From NCBI GenBank assembly GCA_038240725.1, contig JBBRGM010000001.1, positions 1 to 38,573 of the forward strand: a DNA stretch of 38,573 nucleotides. The letters run 5' to 3'. Numbering within the stretch: position 1 is the first letter of the stretch; the number at the start of each line of letters is the position of its first letter. The notes beneath the pieces were generated by a model. It was not told the DNA's origin. It did no database searches and was given only the letters and a program-made list of their open reading frames with translations. Of the stretch, positions 29,158 through 37,407 are shown one piece after another. Both the position numbers and the translations under genes were made by a program. This DNA is from Burkholderiales bacterium (GTDB taxonomy: Bacteria; Pseudomonadota; Gammaproteobacteria; Burkholderiales; SHXO01).

Positions 29158-31323
29158 ATGATCCTCAAGAGCAGCGCCATGCAACGCAGTTCCGGCGAAC
29201 GGAGCTGGCTGCACTGGTTTGGGCCCACCGGCAAACTCGCTATGCGGTGGTCATGCATGCTGAATCGTCGCAACTTCGAGACAGTCGAGAAGACCTTCGC
29301 CGGCATCGCGGAAACGCGTCGTGCACTGCTGGAAACCTGGGCAACCCAGCATTGGACATATCTCGAGGAGATGGCCGGCGTCGTAAAGGAATCGGCGCCC
29401 AAAGTCGCTCGCGAGTTTTTGCAAGCCGCGAAGCATCGCAACCCGGAAATCTCCGAGTTGTTCGTAATCGATACCGCCGGTCGCGTCGTGACTTCGACTC
29501 ACGCAGCGCATGAGGGCGCAACCGACCTGAATCCGAAGGCAGTGCAGAACGGTTTGCGTCAACGTTTCTTGCATGGTCCTTACATCGATCCGCTCACACT
29601 CACGCTAGGGCAGACGACGTCGCGCTTCCACGATGCGGTGACGCTGCTGTTCTATCAACCGATTCACTGCGACGGCAAAGTCGTCGGCGCGCTGTGTGCC
29701 CGCATTCCCAACGATGTGACGAGCGATCTCATCCAGCGCGAGGCTGGTCACGTGTTCCGCGATTCCGGCGACAACTATCTATTCATGGTCGAGTCGCGTT
29801 TCGATCCTTCGATTGCGCCGGGCACCGCGCTCTCCCGCTCGCGCTTCGAAGATTCGGCCTTCACCAAAGGCGACAACCTGCTGGACGGCATACCGACGCC
29901 GTTCGGCACCGTGCAGGTTCGCAGTCATACTGAATTCGAGCTGCGGTTTACCGACCCGGCGACCGGCGAGCTGCATCCCGGCGTGCGCGAGACGATTCGC
30001 ATTGGCGAAAACCTGTTCGTGCTGTACCCGGGGTATTCTGACTACCGACACATCTCCGTCATCGGCAAGGGGCTGACCTTGCAGATGCCCGGCTCGCTGG
30101 ATCGCTGGGGGATGATGTGCGAGGGCGATCTCGAAGAGGTCTACCGGCCGCGCGGCATCGGTTTTCGGCTGACGCGTCTGCTGGCGCTCATGGGCGTGAT
30201 AAATCTCGCCGCCCTTTGGGCTGCGATGGGGCCGCTCGCGCTACGGGACACACAGCTGCTGGCGAGCCAGGCGGGCGTATGGCTCTTCTGCATGATCGCC
30301 TTTCAGTTTCTCGGCCTCAACCCGCTGTCGAAGCGGTTGCGGGTGTTGTCGGACTTCTTCCTCAACATCGCGGAATGCGGTGCCAGCCTGCGCGAACGCG
30401 TCGATCTCGACCGCTTCTCAAATGACGAGACCGGTTTGCTGGGCCGCTGGGTAAACAGCCTGGTCGACCGTCTCGACGACACCGTCGGCAGCGTGCGCAA
30501 CGTATCCACGGAACTCGCAACAGCCGCCCAAACCTTGGCCGCTTCTTCCGCCCTTGCAGATAAATCGGCGCGGGCGCAGAACGATTCCGCGGTAGCGGCC
30601 GCAGCAGCTATGGAACAGATGACGGCAACGATCAGCCAGGTGGCCGATAACAGTGTGCAGACCGAGCGCGCATCGAACGACGCGCTGAGCTTGTCCGAAG
30701 AGGGCGAGCGTGTGGTCGGCAAAGCATCCTACGAAGTGTCTGCGGTCGCGAATTCGGTGCGGCAGTCCGCTGCGGCGATCGAGATGCTGGGCGCTCGTGC
30801 GCGCGACATCAGCGGCATTGCGCAAACTATTAAAGAGATCGCCGAGCAGACCAATTTGCTGGCGCTGAACGCGGCCATCGAGGCCGCGCGAGCGGGCGAA
30901 GCCGGCCGCGGTTTCGCCGTGGTCGCAGATGAGGTACGCAAGTTGTCCGAGCGAACTTCGCGAGCGACGGCAGAAATCGCATCGACCATCGCGACGATTC
31001 ATACCGATACCGGCGCGGCGATCTCGGCCATGCGCGAATGCGATGCGATCGCGCAACGCGGGCTGGCGCAAGCCGGCGAAGCCGGCACTTCGCTGCGTGG
31101 AATCAACGAAGGTGCGCGCGCGACTCTGACGCGTGTGCAGCAGATCAGCAACGCGATGCGCGAGCAGACCGAAGCAGCCGAGCAGATCACCGGCAACGTC
31201 CAGGTCATTGCGAACAGCGCGGAGAGCAGCCTGCAAGCCGCGCAGGACACCGACCGCGCCGCGCGCGATCTGAAGCACCTCGTGATCGGATTGCAGAGGG
31301 CCGCCTCGAAATTCAACGTCTGA
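29158..31323 (+). CDS. methyl-accepting chemotaxis protein with N-terminal Cache/PAS-like sensor, TM hairpin and HAMP-like linker
   Basis: The C-terminal signalling domain has the invariant hairpin tip [41 protein letters not shown]. Two adjacent hydrophobic helices occur at about aa 336-362 and 367-389. An in-frame TAG lies directly upstream of ATG 29158. The alternative start is ATG 29257 ([12 protein letters not shown]). Confidence 0.9.
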   Translation: MILKSSAMQRSSGERSWLHWFGPTGKLAMRWSCMLNRRNFETVEKTFAGIAETRRALLETWATQHWTYLEEMAGVVKESAPKVAREFLQAAKHRNPEISELFVIDTAGRVVTSTHAAHEGATDLNPKAVQNGLRQRFLHGPYIDPLTLTLGQTTSRFHDAVTLLFYQPIHCDGKVVGALCARIPNDVTSDLIQREAGHVFRDSGDNYLFMVESRFDPSIAPGTALSRSRFEDSAFTKGDNLLDGIPTPFGTVQVRSHTEFELRFTDPATGELHPGVRETIRIGENLFVLYPGYSDYRHISVIGKGLTLQMPGSLDRWGMMCEGDLEEVYRPRGIGFRLTRLLALMGVINLAALWAAMGPLALRDTQLLASQAGVWLFCMIAFQFLGLNPLSKRLRVLSDFFLNIAECGASLRERVDLDRFSNDETGLLGRWVNSLVDRLDDTVGSVRNVSTELATAAQTLAASSALADKSARAQNDSAVAAAAAMEQMTATISQVADNSVQTERASNDALSLSEEGERVVGKASYEVSAVANSVRQSAAAIEMLGARARDISGIAQTIKEIAEQTNLLALNAAIEAARAGEAGRGFAVVADEVRKLSERTSRATAEIASTIATIHTDTGAAISAMRECDAIAQRGLAQAGEAGTSLRGINEGARATLTRVQQISNAMREQTEAAEQITGNVQVIANSAESSLQAAQDTDRAARDLKHLVIGLQRAASKFNV

Positions 31324-31441
31324 CCGTTCTGCGATTGCGCTGCCTGCAGCAGCCGGCTCGGATTTTCGCTACCCACGGTCTTAATTACTCTTCCGCATGA
31401 AACTCGGCGCCGCGCGGCAGCGCTGAGCCGTCCCTTGTATC

Positions 31442-31951
31442 ATGGCCCGTATCGCACACGAGATCGCAATGAACTCATCCGTAGCGTTCGAAGCCAAGAT
31501 CGTTCCCCCGCAGTCGCTCGCCAAGCATCTTCAGGAAACGCCGCGCCCATTGGTATTTACCAACGGCTGCTTCGACATTCTTCACCGCGGTCATGTGACT
31601 TACCTCGCGCAGGCGCGCGCGCTGGGCGGCTCGCTCTTGGTGGCACTCAACAGCGATGCAGCCGTCCGCCGGCTCGGCAAGGGCAACGATCGACCGATCA
31701 ACTGCCTCGAGGATCGGCTTGCAGTCATCGCTTCGCTGCAGTCGGTCAGTCTCGTAAGCTGGTTCGACGAAGACACGCCGCTCGAATTGATCGTGCAGGT
31801 GCGCCCCGACGTGCTGGTGAAAGGCGGCGATTGGCCGGTCGACACGATCGTCGGCAACGCGCAAGTGCGCTCATGGGGTGGACAGGTGGTGTCTATTCCG
31901 TTTCTGCACGATCGCTCGACCACTTCCACGCTCGCGAAAATCCGCGCTTGA
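31442..31951 (+). CDS. hldC: D-glycero-beta-D-manno-heptose 1-phosphate adenylyltransferase (RfaE domain II type)
   Basis: Cytidylyltransferase-fold motif VFTNGCFDILHRGHVTYL, with VKGGDW and a length of about 160-169 aa. The alternative start is ATG 31469 (MNSSVAFE). Confidence 0.88.
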   Translation: MARIAHEIAMNSSVAFEAKIVPPQSLAKHLQETPRPLVFTNGCFDILHRGHVTYLAQARALGGSLLVALNSDAAVRRLGKGNDRPINCLEDRLAVIASLQSVSLVSWFDEDTPLELIVQVRPDVLVKGGDWPVDTIVGNAQVRSWGGQVVSIPFLHDRSTTSTLAKIRA

Positions 31952-32163
31952 GCCAAGCCAACGCATCGCATTGCATCGTACCCCGTGCGCGTGTCGCAAA
32001 AGGGCGATCGCGCAGTCGCATCCCCCTACGCTCGCTGACGAGCAACTATGCGAATTTCCGTCCTGGCGATCCGTTTTTTGATTAGATGAGTTCACTGATA
32101 GTGCGGGCGTGAATGCGCTGCTGCGCCCGTCGCCATCGATAACTAAAACAGGGAGCACGTCAC

Positions 32164-33924
32164 ATGGTCAGGTCCGGTTTCTGGCGAGATTTTTGGGCGC
32201 TTTTCAAACCCTACTGGTTTTCCAATGAGAAAGGCGTCGCGCGCCTTTTGCTGTGCGCGATCATCGGTCTCACCCTGGCCGGCGTGTACATGGATGTGCA
32301 GTTCAACGAGTGGTACAACCTGTTCTACAACTCGCTGCAGGACAAGAACAAGCCCGAGTTCCTGCACCAGATCGGACGCTTCTGTGTGCTCGCGGCGATC
32401 TACATTGTCATCTACGTCTATGCGACGTACTTCAATCAGATGCTGCAGGTTCGCTGGCGTCGCTGGCTCACCGACCACTACTTGAAAGACTGGCTCGAGC
32501 AGCGCAACTATTATCGAATGCAGCTCACCGGCACGGCGACGGACAACCCCGATCAGCGCGTCTCGGAAGATCTGCGCCTGTTCGTCGATGAGACGTTGAG
32601 TCTGACGCTTGGCCTGCTCAATGCGGTGGTCACCTTGATCGCGTTTGCAGGCATTCTGTGGAAACTGTCCGGCACGCTCGAGTTCACGCTATTCGGGCAA
32701 ACGTATCTGTTCTACGGTTACATGGTGTGGGTGGCGCTAGGCTATGCGATCGTCGGCACCTTTCTCACCCATCGCATCGGCCGACCGCTAATACACCTCA
32801 ATTACGAGCAGCAGCGCTACGAGGCGAATTTTCGTTTTGCGCTAGTGCGCTTCCGCGAGAATATGGAAGGCGTGGCGCTGTATCGCGGCGAAGAAGATGA
32901 GCTGCGCGGCTTTCGCGAACGCTTCGCGGCCGTGTTCACCAACTGGTGGGCGATCATGAAGCGGCAGAAGATCCTCAATTTCTTCCGCATCAGTTACAAC
33001 CAGGCGGCTGTCGTGTTTCCGTTCCTGGTGGGAGCGCCGCGGTTTTTCTCCGGCGCCATTCAGCTCGGCGGTCTGATGCAGATCTCCAATGCGTTCGGCA
33101 AAGTGCAGGATTCGCTGAGCTGGTTCATCAACGTCTATTCCGGCGCCGGACCGAACACCGGATTCGTCGGATGGAAAGCGACCGTCGATCGTCTGACCGG
33201 CTTCCATGCCGCTATTGTTAGTGCGCAGCAGCAGCACATCACTCACCCGGGCATTGCCCACGATACGGAAACGCTGGCGGGGGACCTGCAGCTGCAAAAT
33301 GTCGAGCTCGACCTGCCGGATGGAAAGCCGCTTATGTCCGATGCATCGCTCACAATCGGAGCCGGCGCCCGCGTGCTAATTCAAGGCGCCTCGGGTTGCG
33401 GCAAGAGCACGTTGTTCCGTGCGATCGCCGGCATCTGGCCGTTCGGACGCGGACGCATCCGTCGTCCGCAACACTTCGATGCGCTATTTCTGCCGCAGCG
33501 GCCTTACTTCCCGCTCGGTACGCTGCGCCAAGCGCTGTGCTATCCGGCGCGACCTGAAGCATTCGTCGAGCGCGAAGTGCAGCGCGTGCTCGTCGCCGTC
33601 GGACTGGGACATCTTGAGCCAAGGTTGGACGAGACAGCAAACTGGGCCGCGCAACTGTCCGGCGGCGAGCAGCAGCGGGTTGCTGTTGCTCGTGCGCTGC
33701 TTCTGAAACCCGCCTGGCTGTTTCTCGACGAAGCCACGTCGAGTCTGGATGACGTCAATCAAACAGCGCTGTACGACCTGCTGACGCAAGAGCTCACGCG
33801 TACGACGATCGTCAGCATCGGGCATCGTCATGAGCTGGCGGATTACCATTCGCGCCGAGTCGAAGTTCGGACGATGCCGGGCGAGATCAACGTATTGCGA
33901 GAGCTGGATGAAGAACCGGCGTAA
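32164..33924 (+). CDS. ABC transporter, fused SbmA/BacA-like permease and ATPase (YddA-like)
   Basis: 586 aa. The TMD has EWYNLFYNSLQDK, RWRRWLTDHYLKDWL and TDNPDQRVSEDL, as in E. coli YddA. The NBD has Walker A GASGCGKST, signature LSGGEQQRVAVARAL and Walker B LFLDEATSSLD. Confidence 0.9.
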   Translation: MVRSGFWRDFWALFKPYWFSNEKGVARLLLCAIIGLTLAGVYMDVQFNEWYNLFYNSLQDKNKPEFLHQIGRFCVLAAIYIVIYVYATYFNQMLQVRWRRWLTDHYLKDWLEQRNYYRMQLTGTATDNPDQRVSEDLRLFVDETLSLTLGLLNAVVTLIAFAGILWKLSGTLEFTLFGQTYLFYGYMVWVALGYAIVGTFLTHRIGRPLIHLNYEQQRYEANFRFALVRFRENMEGVALYRGEEDELRGFRERFAAVFTNWWAIMKRQKILNFFRISYNQAAVVFPFLVGAPRFFSGAIQLGGLMQISNAFGKVQDSLSWFINVYSGAGPNTGFVGWKATVDRLTGFHAAIVSAQQQHITHPGIAHDTETLAGDLQLQNVELDLPDGKPLMSDASLTIGAGARVLIQGASGCGKSTLFRAIAGIWPFGRGRIRRPQHFDALFLPQRPYFPLGTLRQALCYPARPEAFVEREVQRVLVAVGLGHLEPRLDETANWAAQLSGGEQQRVAVARALLLKPAWLFLDEATSSLDDVNQTALYDLLTQELTRTTIVSIGHRHELADYHSRRVEVRTMPGEINVLRELDEEPA

Positions 33925-33959
33925 CCGCCGCGCGGCGGGATCGATTGCGACGCCTCGCG

Positions 33960-34592
33960 CTACGCCGCGCAGCGTGATGCTTTCAGCTCGCTGCCGGGAA
34001 ACTGCACGCGCAGCTCAGCGAGTTTCGCCGTGAGCGCAACGTCGGGCTCGCGCACGACGATGAGCGTCTGCTGCACGTGGTGGTCGCGGCTGCCGGTCCG
34101 CGCAGAGCGAACGCCCTTCGCTTTTAGCAGTTCCAGATAGCTGTCCGCTGCCGCCTGCGTTTTGAAAATGCCGAGCGAGATCGCATTTTTGATCGTGCTC
34201 TGCCCTTCCACCGCGTAGTAATCGCGAATGCCGAGCCGTTCGAGCTCGAGAATTTTGCGGTCGACTTCGAGCTTGGTATTCATCGGCGGGATGTACACCC
34301 AGAACGCCGCGACCACCGATACCTCGCGCGTCGTCGCGCGGTCGCTGAGCTGCACGTTCTCGATGGCTGCCTGCGCTGCTTTCAGCTCCGCCGCACTGAA
34401 CGGACCCCACTCTAAACAGGGCACCTTCGCCTGCGGTGCGACCATCGGCCGCGCGGCGATCATGTGGATCTTCTCGGCATTCACTTGCTTGCCCACCAGC
34501 CCGGCGTCGGGATTGGCCGGTGCGGTTTTGAACCAGGCATATCCCGCAAGAACCAGATTGACTGCGAGCAAGCCGTAGAACAACGCTTTCAT
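33960..34592 (-). CDS. SPOR-like domain membrane-anchored protein
   Basis: The start ATG 34592 overlaps the coaX stop (ATGA). N-terminal TM MKALFYGLLAVNLVLAGYAWF. C-terminal segments such as ISLGIFKTQAAADSYLELLKAKGV resemble SPOR repeats. This is a family-level guess. The upstream part of the 269-aa track ORF lies inside coaX. Confidence 0.6.
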   Translation of the reverse strand: MKALFYGLLAVNLVLAGYAWFKTAPANPDAGLVGKQVNAEKIHMIAARPMVAPQAKVPCLEWGPFSAAELKAAQAAIENVQLSDRATTREVSVVAAFWVYIPPMNTKLEVDRKILELERLGIRDYYAVEGQSTIKNAISLGIFKTQAAADSYLELLKAKGVRSARTGSRDHHVQQTLIVVREPDVALTAKLAELRVQFPGSELKASRCAA

Positions 34593-35320
34593 GCGCCGTG
34601 TGCATCCAACGCAACGACGCGCAAACCTTCCAGCACGAGGTGCGGCACGACCAGCGCGGGCTGTACGAGATGCGGCTGGAGCGTCGACGCGCCGCCGCCG
34701 CTCAACAGGAGCTGCGGAGCAGTATCGATTTGCGCCATTGCAAGCGCGACGCGTTCGACCGCGCCGCATACCGCTTGAATCGCGCCCGCGGCAATCGCGT
34801 CAGCGGTGTTATCCGGGAACACGGAAAAGGCCCCCGGCGCGCGCGGAAGCCCCGCGGTGCCGCTGGCGAGGGCGGCCGCCATCAAGTCGAGCCCCGGTAA
34901 AATCAACCCGCCGAGAAACTCCCCGCTAAACGACAGTGCATTGATGGTGACGGCGGTGCCGGCGTTTACCACCAGCGCACTGCCGTGCACTTGATGGCGC
35001 GCGGCAACTATCGCCGCCCACCGGTCGGCGCCCAGCGTATGCGGATCGCGATAGCTGTTACGCACGCCGCACTGCTCAGACTGACTCGTCAGCCATCGCA
35101 GCGTGTAACCACGATCGCGCCACAACTGCTCGAGCCATTCGCGCACGTGCGTCCCCGCGACGCTGCACGCGATAACCATGTCGAGCGTGGGTAACGTATG
35201 CCACACCTGCGCCAGCGATTCGACGTGCGTCGTCGGCACCGCGTCCAGGATCGCCCATTCGTCATCCCACAGACCCCACTTGATGCGAGTGTTGCCAGCG
35301 TCGATCGCGAGTATGCGCAT
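34589..35320 (-). CDS. coaX: type III pantothenate kinase
   Basis: 243 aa. MRILAIDAGNTRIKWGLW N-terminal phosphate-1 motif of the CoaX/ASKHA fold. Usual position downstream of birA. Confidence 0.93.
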   Translation of the reverse strand: MRILAIDAGNTRIKWGLWDDEWAILDAVPTTHVESLAQVWHTLPTLDMVIACSVAGTHVREWLEQLWRDRGYTLRWLTSQSEQCGVRNSYRDPHTLGADRWAAIVAARHQVHGSALVVNAGTAVTINALSFSGEFLGGLILPGLDLMAAALASGTAGLPRAPGAFSVFPDNTADAIAAGAIQAVCGAVERVALAMAQIDTAPQLLLSGGGASTLQPHLVQPALVVPHLVLEGLRVVALDAHGA

Positions 35321-35549
35321 GACTAGCCCGGGTGTTTCAAGCAGGGCTCAGGATGATGGCGAGGCGAGTTCCGAGCCGGTTGCTTCGACCGTCGCGGCCA
35401 ATAGCCACACCGATGGCAAAACTGGCTGGAAATCACCCGAATGCACCCGGGTAGCCTGGAATTGCGAACATCGCCAAGCTCGATTTCCCACACAACCGCT
35501 GCGTCGAGACATCCATCGCGTTAGGGGGCGTCTTCATCAAGTATCCTGG

Positions 35550-36554
35550 CTAACGGGTATTCATCGAGGGCCAGACGTCGGCGGCCCGCATGCTCACCTC
35601 GCCGGAATGGAAGCGACGCAACCCGTGAGCGGTCTGCAGCAGCAATGCGCCGTCGTCTTCGACACCCGCGACGATGCCTGCCTCGGTGCTGCCGTCCGGG
35701 AGCCGCATCGTCACCGATTTTCCCGCATAGGCGTGATGCCTCTCCCATTCTTTGCGCAACGGCGCAAAACCGCGCACCGCGAACGTTTCCAGCACGTTCC
35801 CGAGCTGCGATAAAAGCTGCCCGATGACTTTGTTACGATCCGGCGGCGCACCGACCGATACCAGATCCGTTACCGCTTGATCGATGCGCTCGCGCGTCAC
35901 TTCGTCGAGCCGGAAATTCATGCCGATACCAATTATCGCGGCGCTCGGTCCCAGCACATCGCCTTGGATTTCTACCAATGTTCCGGCAATCTTGTGATGC
36001 CGGACGAGCACATCGTTCGGCCACTTCAACATCGCCTCGCTAACACCGAGCTCGTGCAGCCCTCTGATCAGCGCAACGCCGATTGCGGAGCTCAACCCGG
36101 CAAGGACGCCCGCACCCTGCTCGAATCGCCACAACGCCGAGAACGTCAGCGTTCCGCCCAAGCCGCTGTGCCAGGTGCGGCCCCGTCTCCCACGACCCTG
36201 CGTCTGCATCTCCGCTGCGAGCACGAGTCCGCTCGGCGCACCCTTTGCTGCCTGTCCGAGCAGCGTGGTGTTGGTCGATTCCAGCATATCGGCGACTTGC
36301 ACTTGGTAGACATCGCCGTAGCGCCCGAGGTGGCGCGCAATCCGTTGCGCATCGAGCCAATCGATGGGCGCGGACAATCGATAGCCGCGCGCGGGCAACC
36401 GCATCAACGGAACGCCAGCGTCTTCCAGCCCCTGCAGCGCGGTCCACACGCTCGTGCGCGACACGCCGAGCTCGCGAGCCAGCGCGGTACCGGAACGGAA
36501 CTGACCGTCGGATAGCAGGCGCAATGCGCGAAAAGTGAGTGCGGTTATCTTCAA
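35550..36554 (-). CDS. birA: bifunctional biotin--[acetyl-CoA-carboxylase] ligase / repressor BirA (class II, with N-terminal wHTH)
   Basis: wHTH LLSDGQFRSGTALARELGVSRTSVWTALQGLEDAG. Biotin-binding loop QGRGRRGRTWHS. The C-terminal ...HSGEVSMRAA resembles the E. coli BirA end. There is no in-frame ATG at the expected N-terminus. Candidate starts are TTG 36554 and GTG 36590. The 427-aa track ORF extension is rejected. Confidence 0.88.
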   Translation of the reverse strand: MKITALTFRALRLLSDGQFRSGTALARELGVSRTSVWTALQGLEDAGVPLMRLPARGYRLSAPIDWLDAQRIARHLGRYGDVYQVQVADMLESTNTTLLGQAAKGAPSGLVLAAEMQTQGRGRRGRTWHSGLGGTLTFSALWRFEQGAGVLAGLSSAIGVALIRGLHELGVSEAMLKWPNDVLVRHHKIAGTLVEIQGDVLGPSAAIIGIGMNFRLDEVTRERIDQAVTDLVSVGAPPDRNKVIGQLLSQLGNVLETFAVRGFAPLRKEWERHHAYAGKSVTMRLPDGSTEAGIVAGVEDDGALLLQTAHGLRRFHSGEVSMRAADVWPSMNTR

Positions 36555-36764
36555 GGTCGCAGCGAATTCTGTGGACCGCAGGGCAAGCACTCTTGCGCCG
36601 CCCTGCGAATGATGATGATACCCATCGCGCTCAGCGCCGAATGCGGCGGCTCGGAACGCCGGGTGCGACTCATGTAGGATATCCTCGCTCAAGCGCGCGA
36701 AGTTGCCGGCATGACCATGACAAGCAGCGCATAGGAAAAGCAGATGAACGCTAATGCATGCCCT

Positions 36765-36781
36765 GCGCTTTGTCAAAGCGC
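36765..36781. repeat. perfect 8+1+8 inverted repeat GCGCTTTG-T-CAAAGCGC (function unknown, possible operator)
   Basis: Read directly from the sequence. It lies in the roughly 300-nt divergent region between birA and the 36859 ORF, 78 nt upstream of that ORF's ATG. Confidence 0.5.
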
Positions 36782-36858
36782 CAATGCGGCCGATCGCGCC
36801 TCGATAGAAATCTTCGCCTGGATGAGATGCCAATGATCATCGACACGAAATTACCAGC

Positions 36859-37407
36859 ATGAAATTTATCGGCCAGCTGCTCGGCGAACATTTCCAGCGC
36901 TATCCGCGTATGGACCTCATCGACGTCTACAAGCTCCTGCATCAGGCCGCGATGGGCCCCGGCCACGCCGTGACGGATACAACGGCTGCACGCGAGCGTC
37001 TGCTCGGCGAAATTGCCGCGCTGGACGACGGGCCGGACGATCCGCTGTTCGATCGCATCTCGCCCGACGGCAAGCTCGTGCGCATCCATCTTCGCAGCTA
37101 TCTGCGCGAAGGACACAGCTATCTGCGCGAAGGACACAGCGTCGATGCACTGCTCGATGCATTTTTGCAGACGGCGAACAGCTATCCGCCCTCGCGCGAG
37201 AAGCTGGAAAGATTCTGCGGATGCCTGGCCGATCTTGCCGAAGCCGGCGGCATTCCGTTCAAGCGCGCCGAGGTGGAGCTCTATTTCGGCGCAATCGCTG
37301 AGCAGAATTATCCCGTCGTTCGGCACTCGGAGAGCTACCGCGACGAATACCTTCCTGCATATCGCGTGGTCGCACTGGAGCATTTGCCCGAACTCGGCGA
37401 GAGATGA
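36859..37407 (+). CDS. hypothetical cytoplasmic protein (182 aa), family not recognised
   Basis: ATG 36859. Protein-like composition (MKFIGQLLGEHFQRYPRMDLIDVYKLLHQAAMGPGH...). No signal peptide or TM. It contains an in-frame SYLREGH-SYLREGH duplication. The stop overlaps ATG 37404 (ATGA). Confidence 0.7.
   Translation: MKFIGQLLGEHFQRYPRMDLIDVYKLLHQAAMGPGHAVTDTTAARERLLGEIAALDDGPDDPLFDRISPDGKLVRIHLRSYLREGHSYLREGHSVDALLDAFLQTANSYPPSREKLERFCGCLADLAEAGGIPFKRAEVELYFGAIAEQNYPVVRHSESYRDEYLPAYRVVALEHLPELGER
37096..37137 (+). repeat. perfect 21-bp tandem duplication (2 copies) inside the 36859..37407 CDS
   Basis: AGCTATCTGCGCGAAGGACAC occurs at 37096-37116 and again at 37117-37137 with no mismatch. 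It is followed by AGC, the first 3 nt of a third unit. It is in frame and encodes SYLREGH twice. Confidence 0.97.

Noticed and set aside
28722-29441. 239-aa minus-strand ORF spanning the 28654-29157 spacer and the 5' end of the MCP gene
   Set aside because: The translation is Ser/Arg-rich and low-complexity over most of its length. It overlaps the MCP coding region in antisense, and it has no start context or motifs.
31324-31441. Short stem GCTGC-CTGCA-GCAGC with a weak ATTTTC tract after the MCP stop, considered as a terminator
   Set aside because: The stem is only 5 bp, and the T-tract is short and displaced by about 12 nt. It is below any reasonable threshold.
31952-32163. 212-nt leader upstream of the SbmA/BacA-type ABC transporter, checked for a cobalamin riboswitch because related transporters import B12
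   Set aside because: There is no B12-box-like element or GCCACTG motif, and I saw no other riboswitch signature. No convincing terminator or antiterminator is present either.
33925-33938. GC palindrome CCGCCGCGCGGCGG between the convergent ABC transporter and SPOR-like genes, considered as a bidirectional terminator
   Set aside because: The usable stem is short, and there is no flanking T/A tract on either side. That is insufficient for a terminator call.
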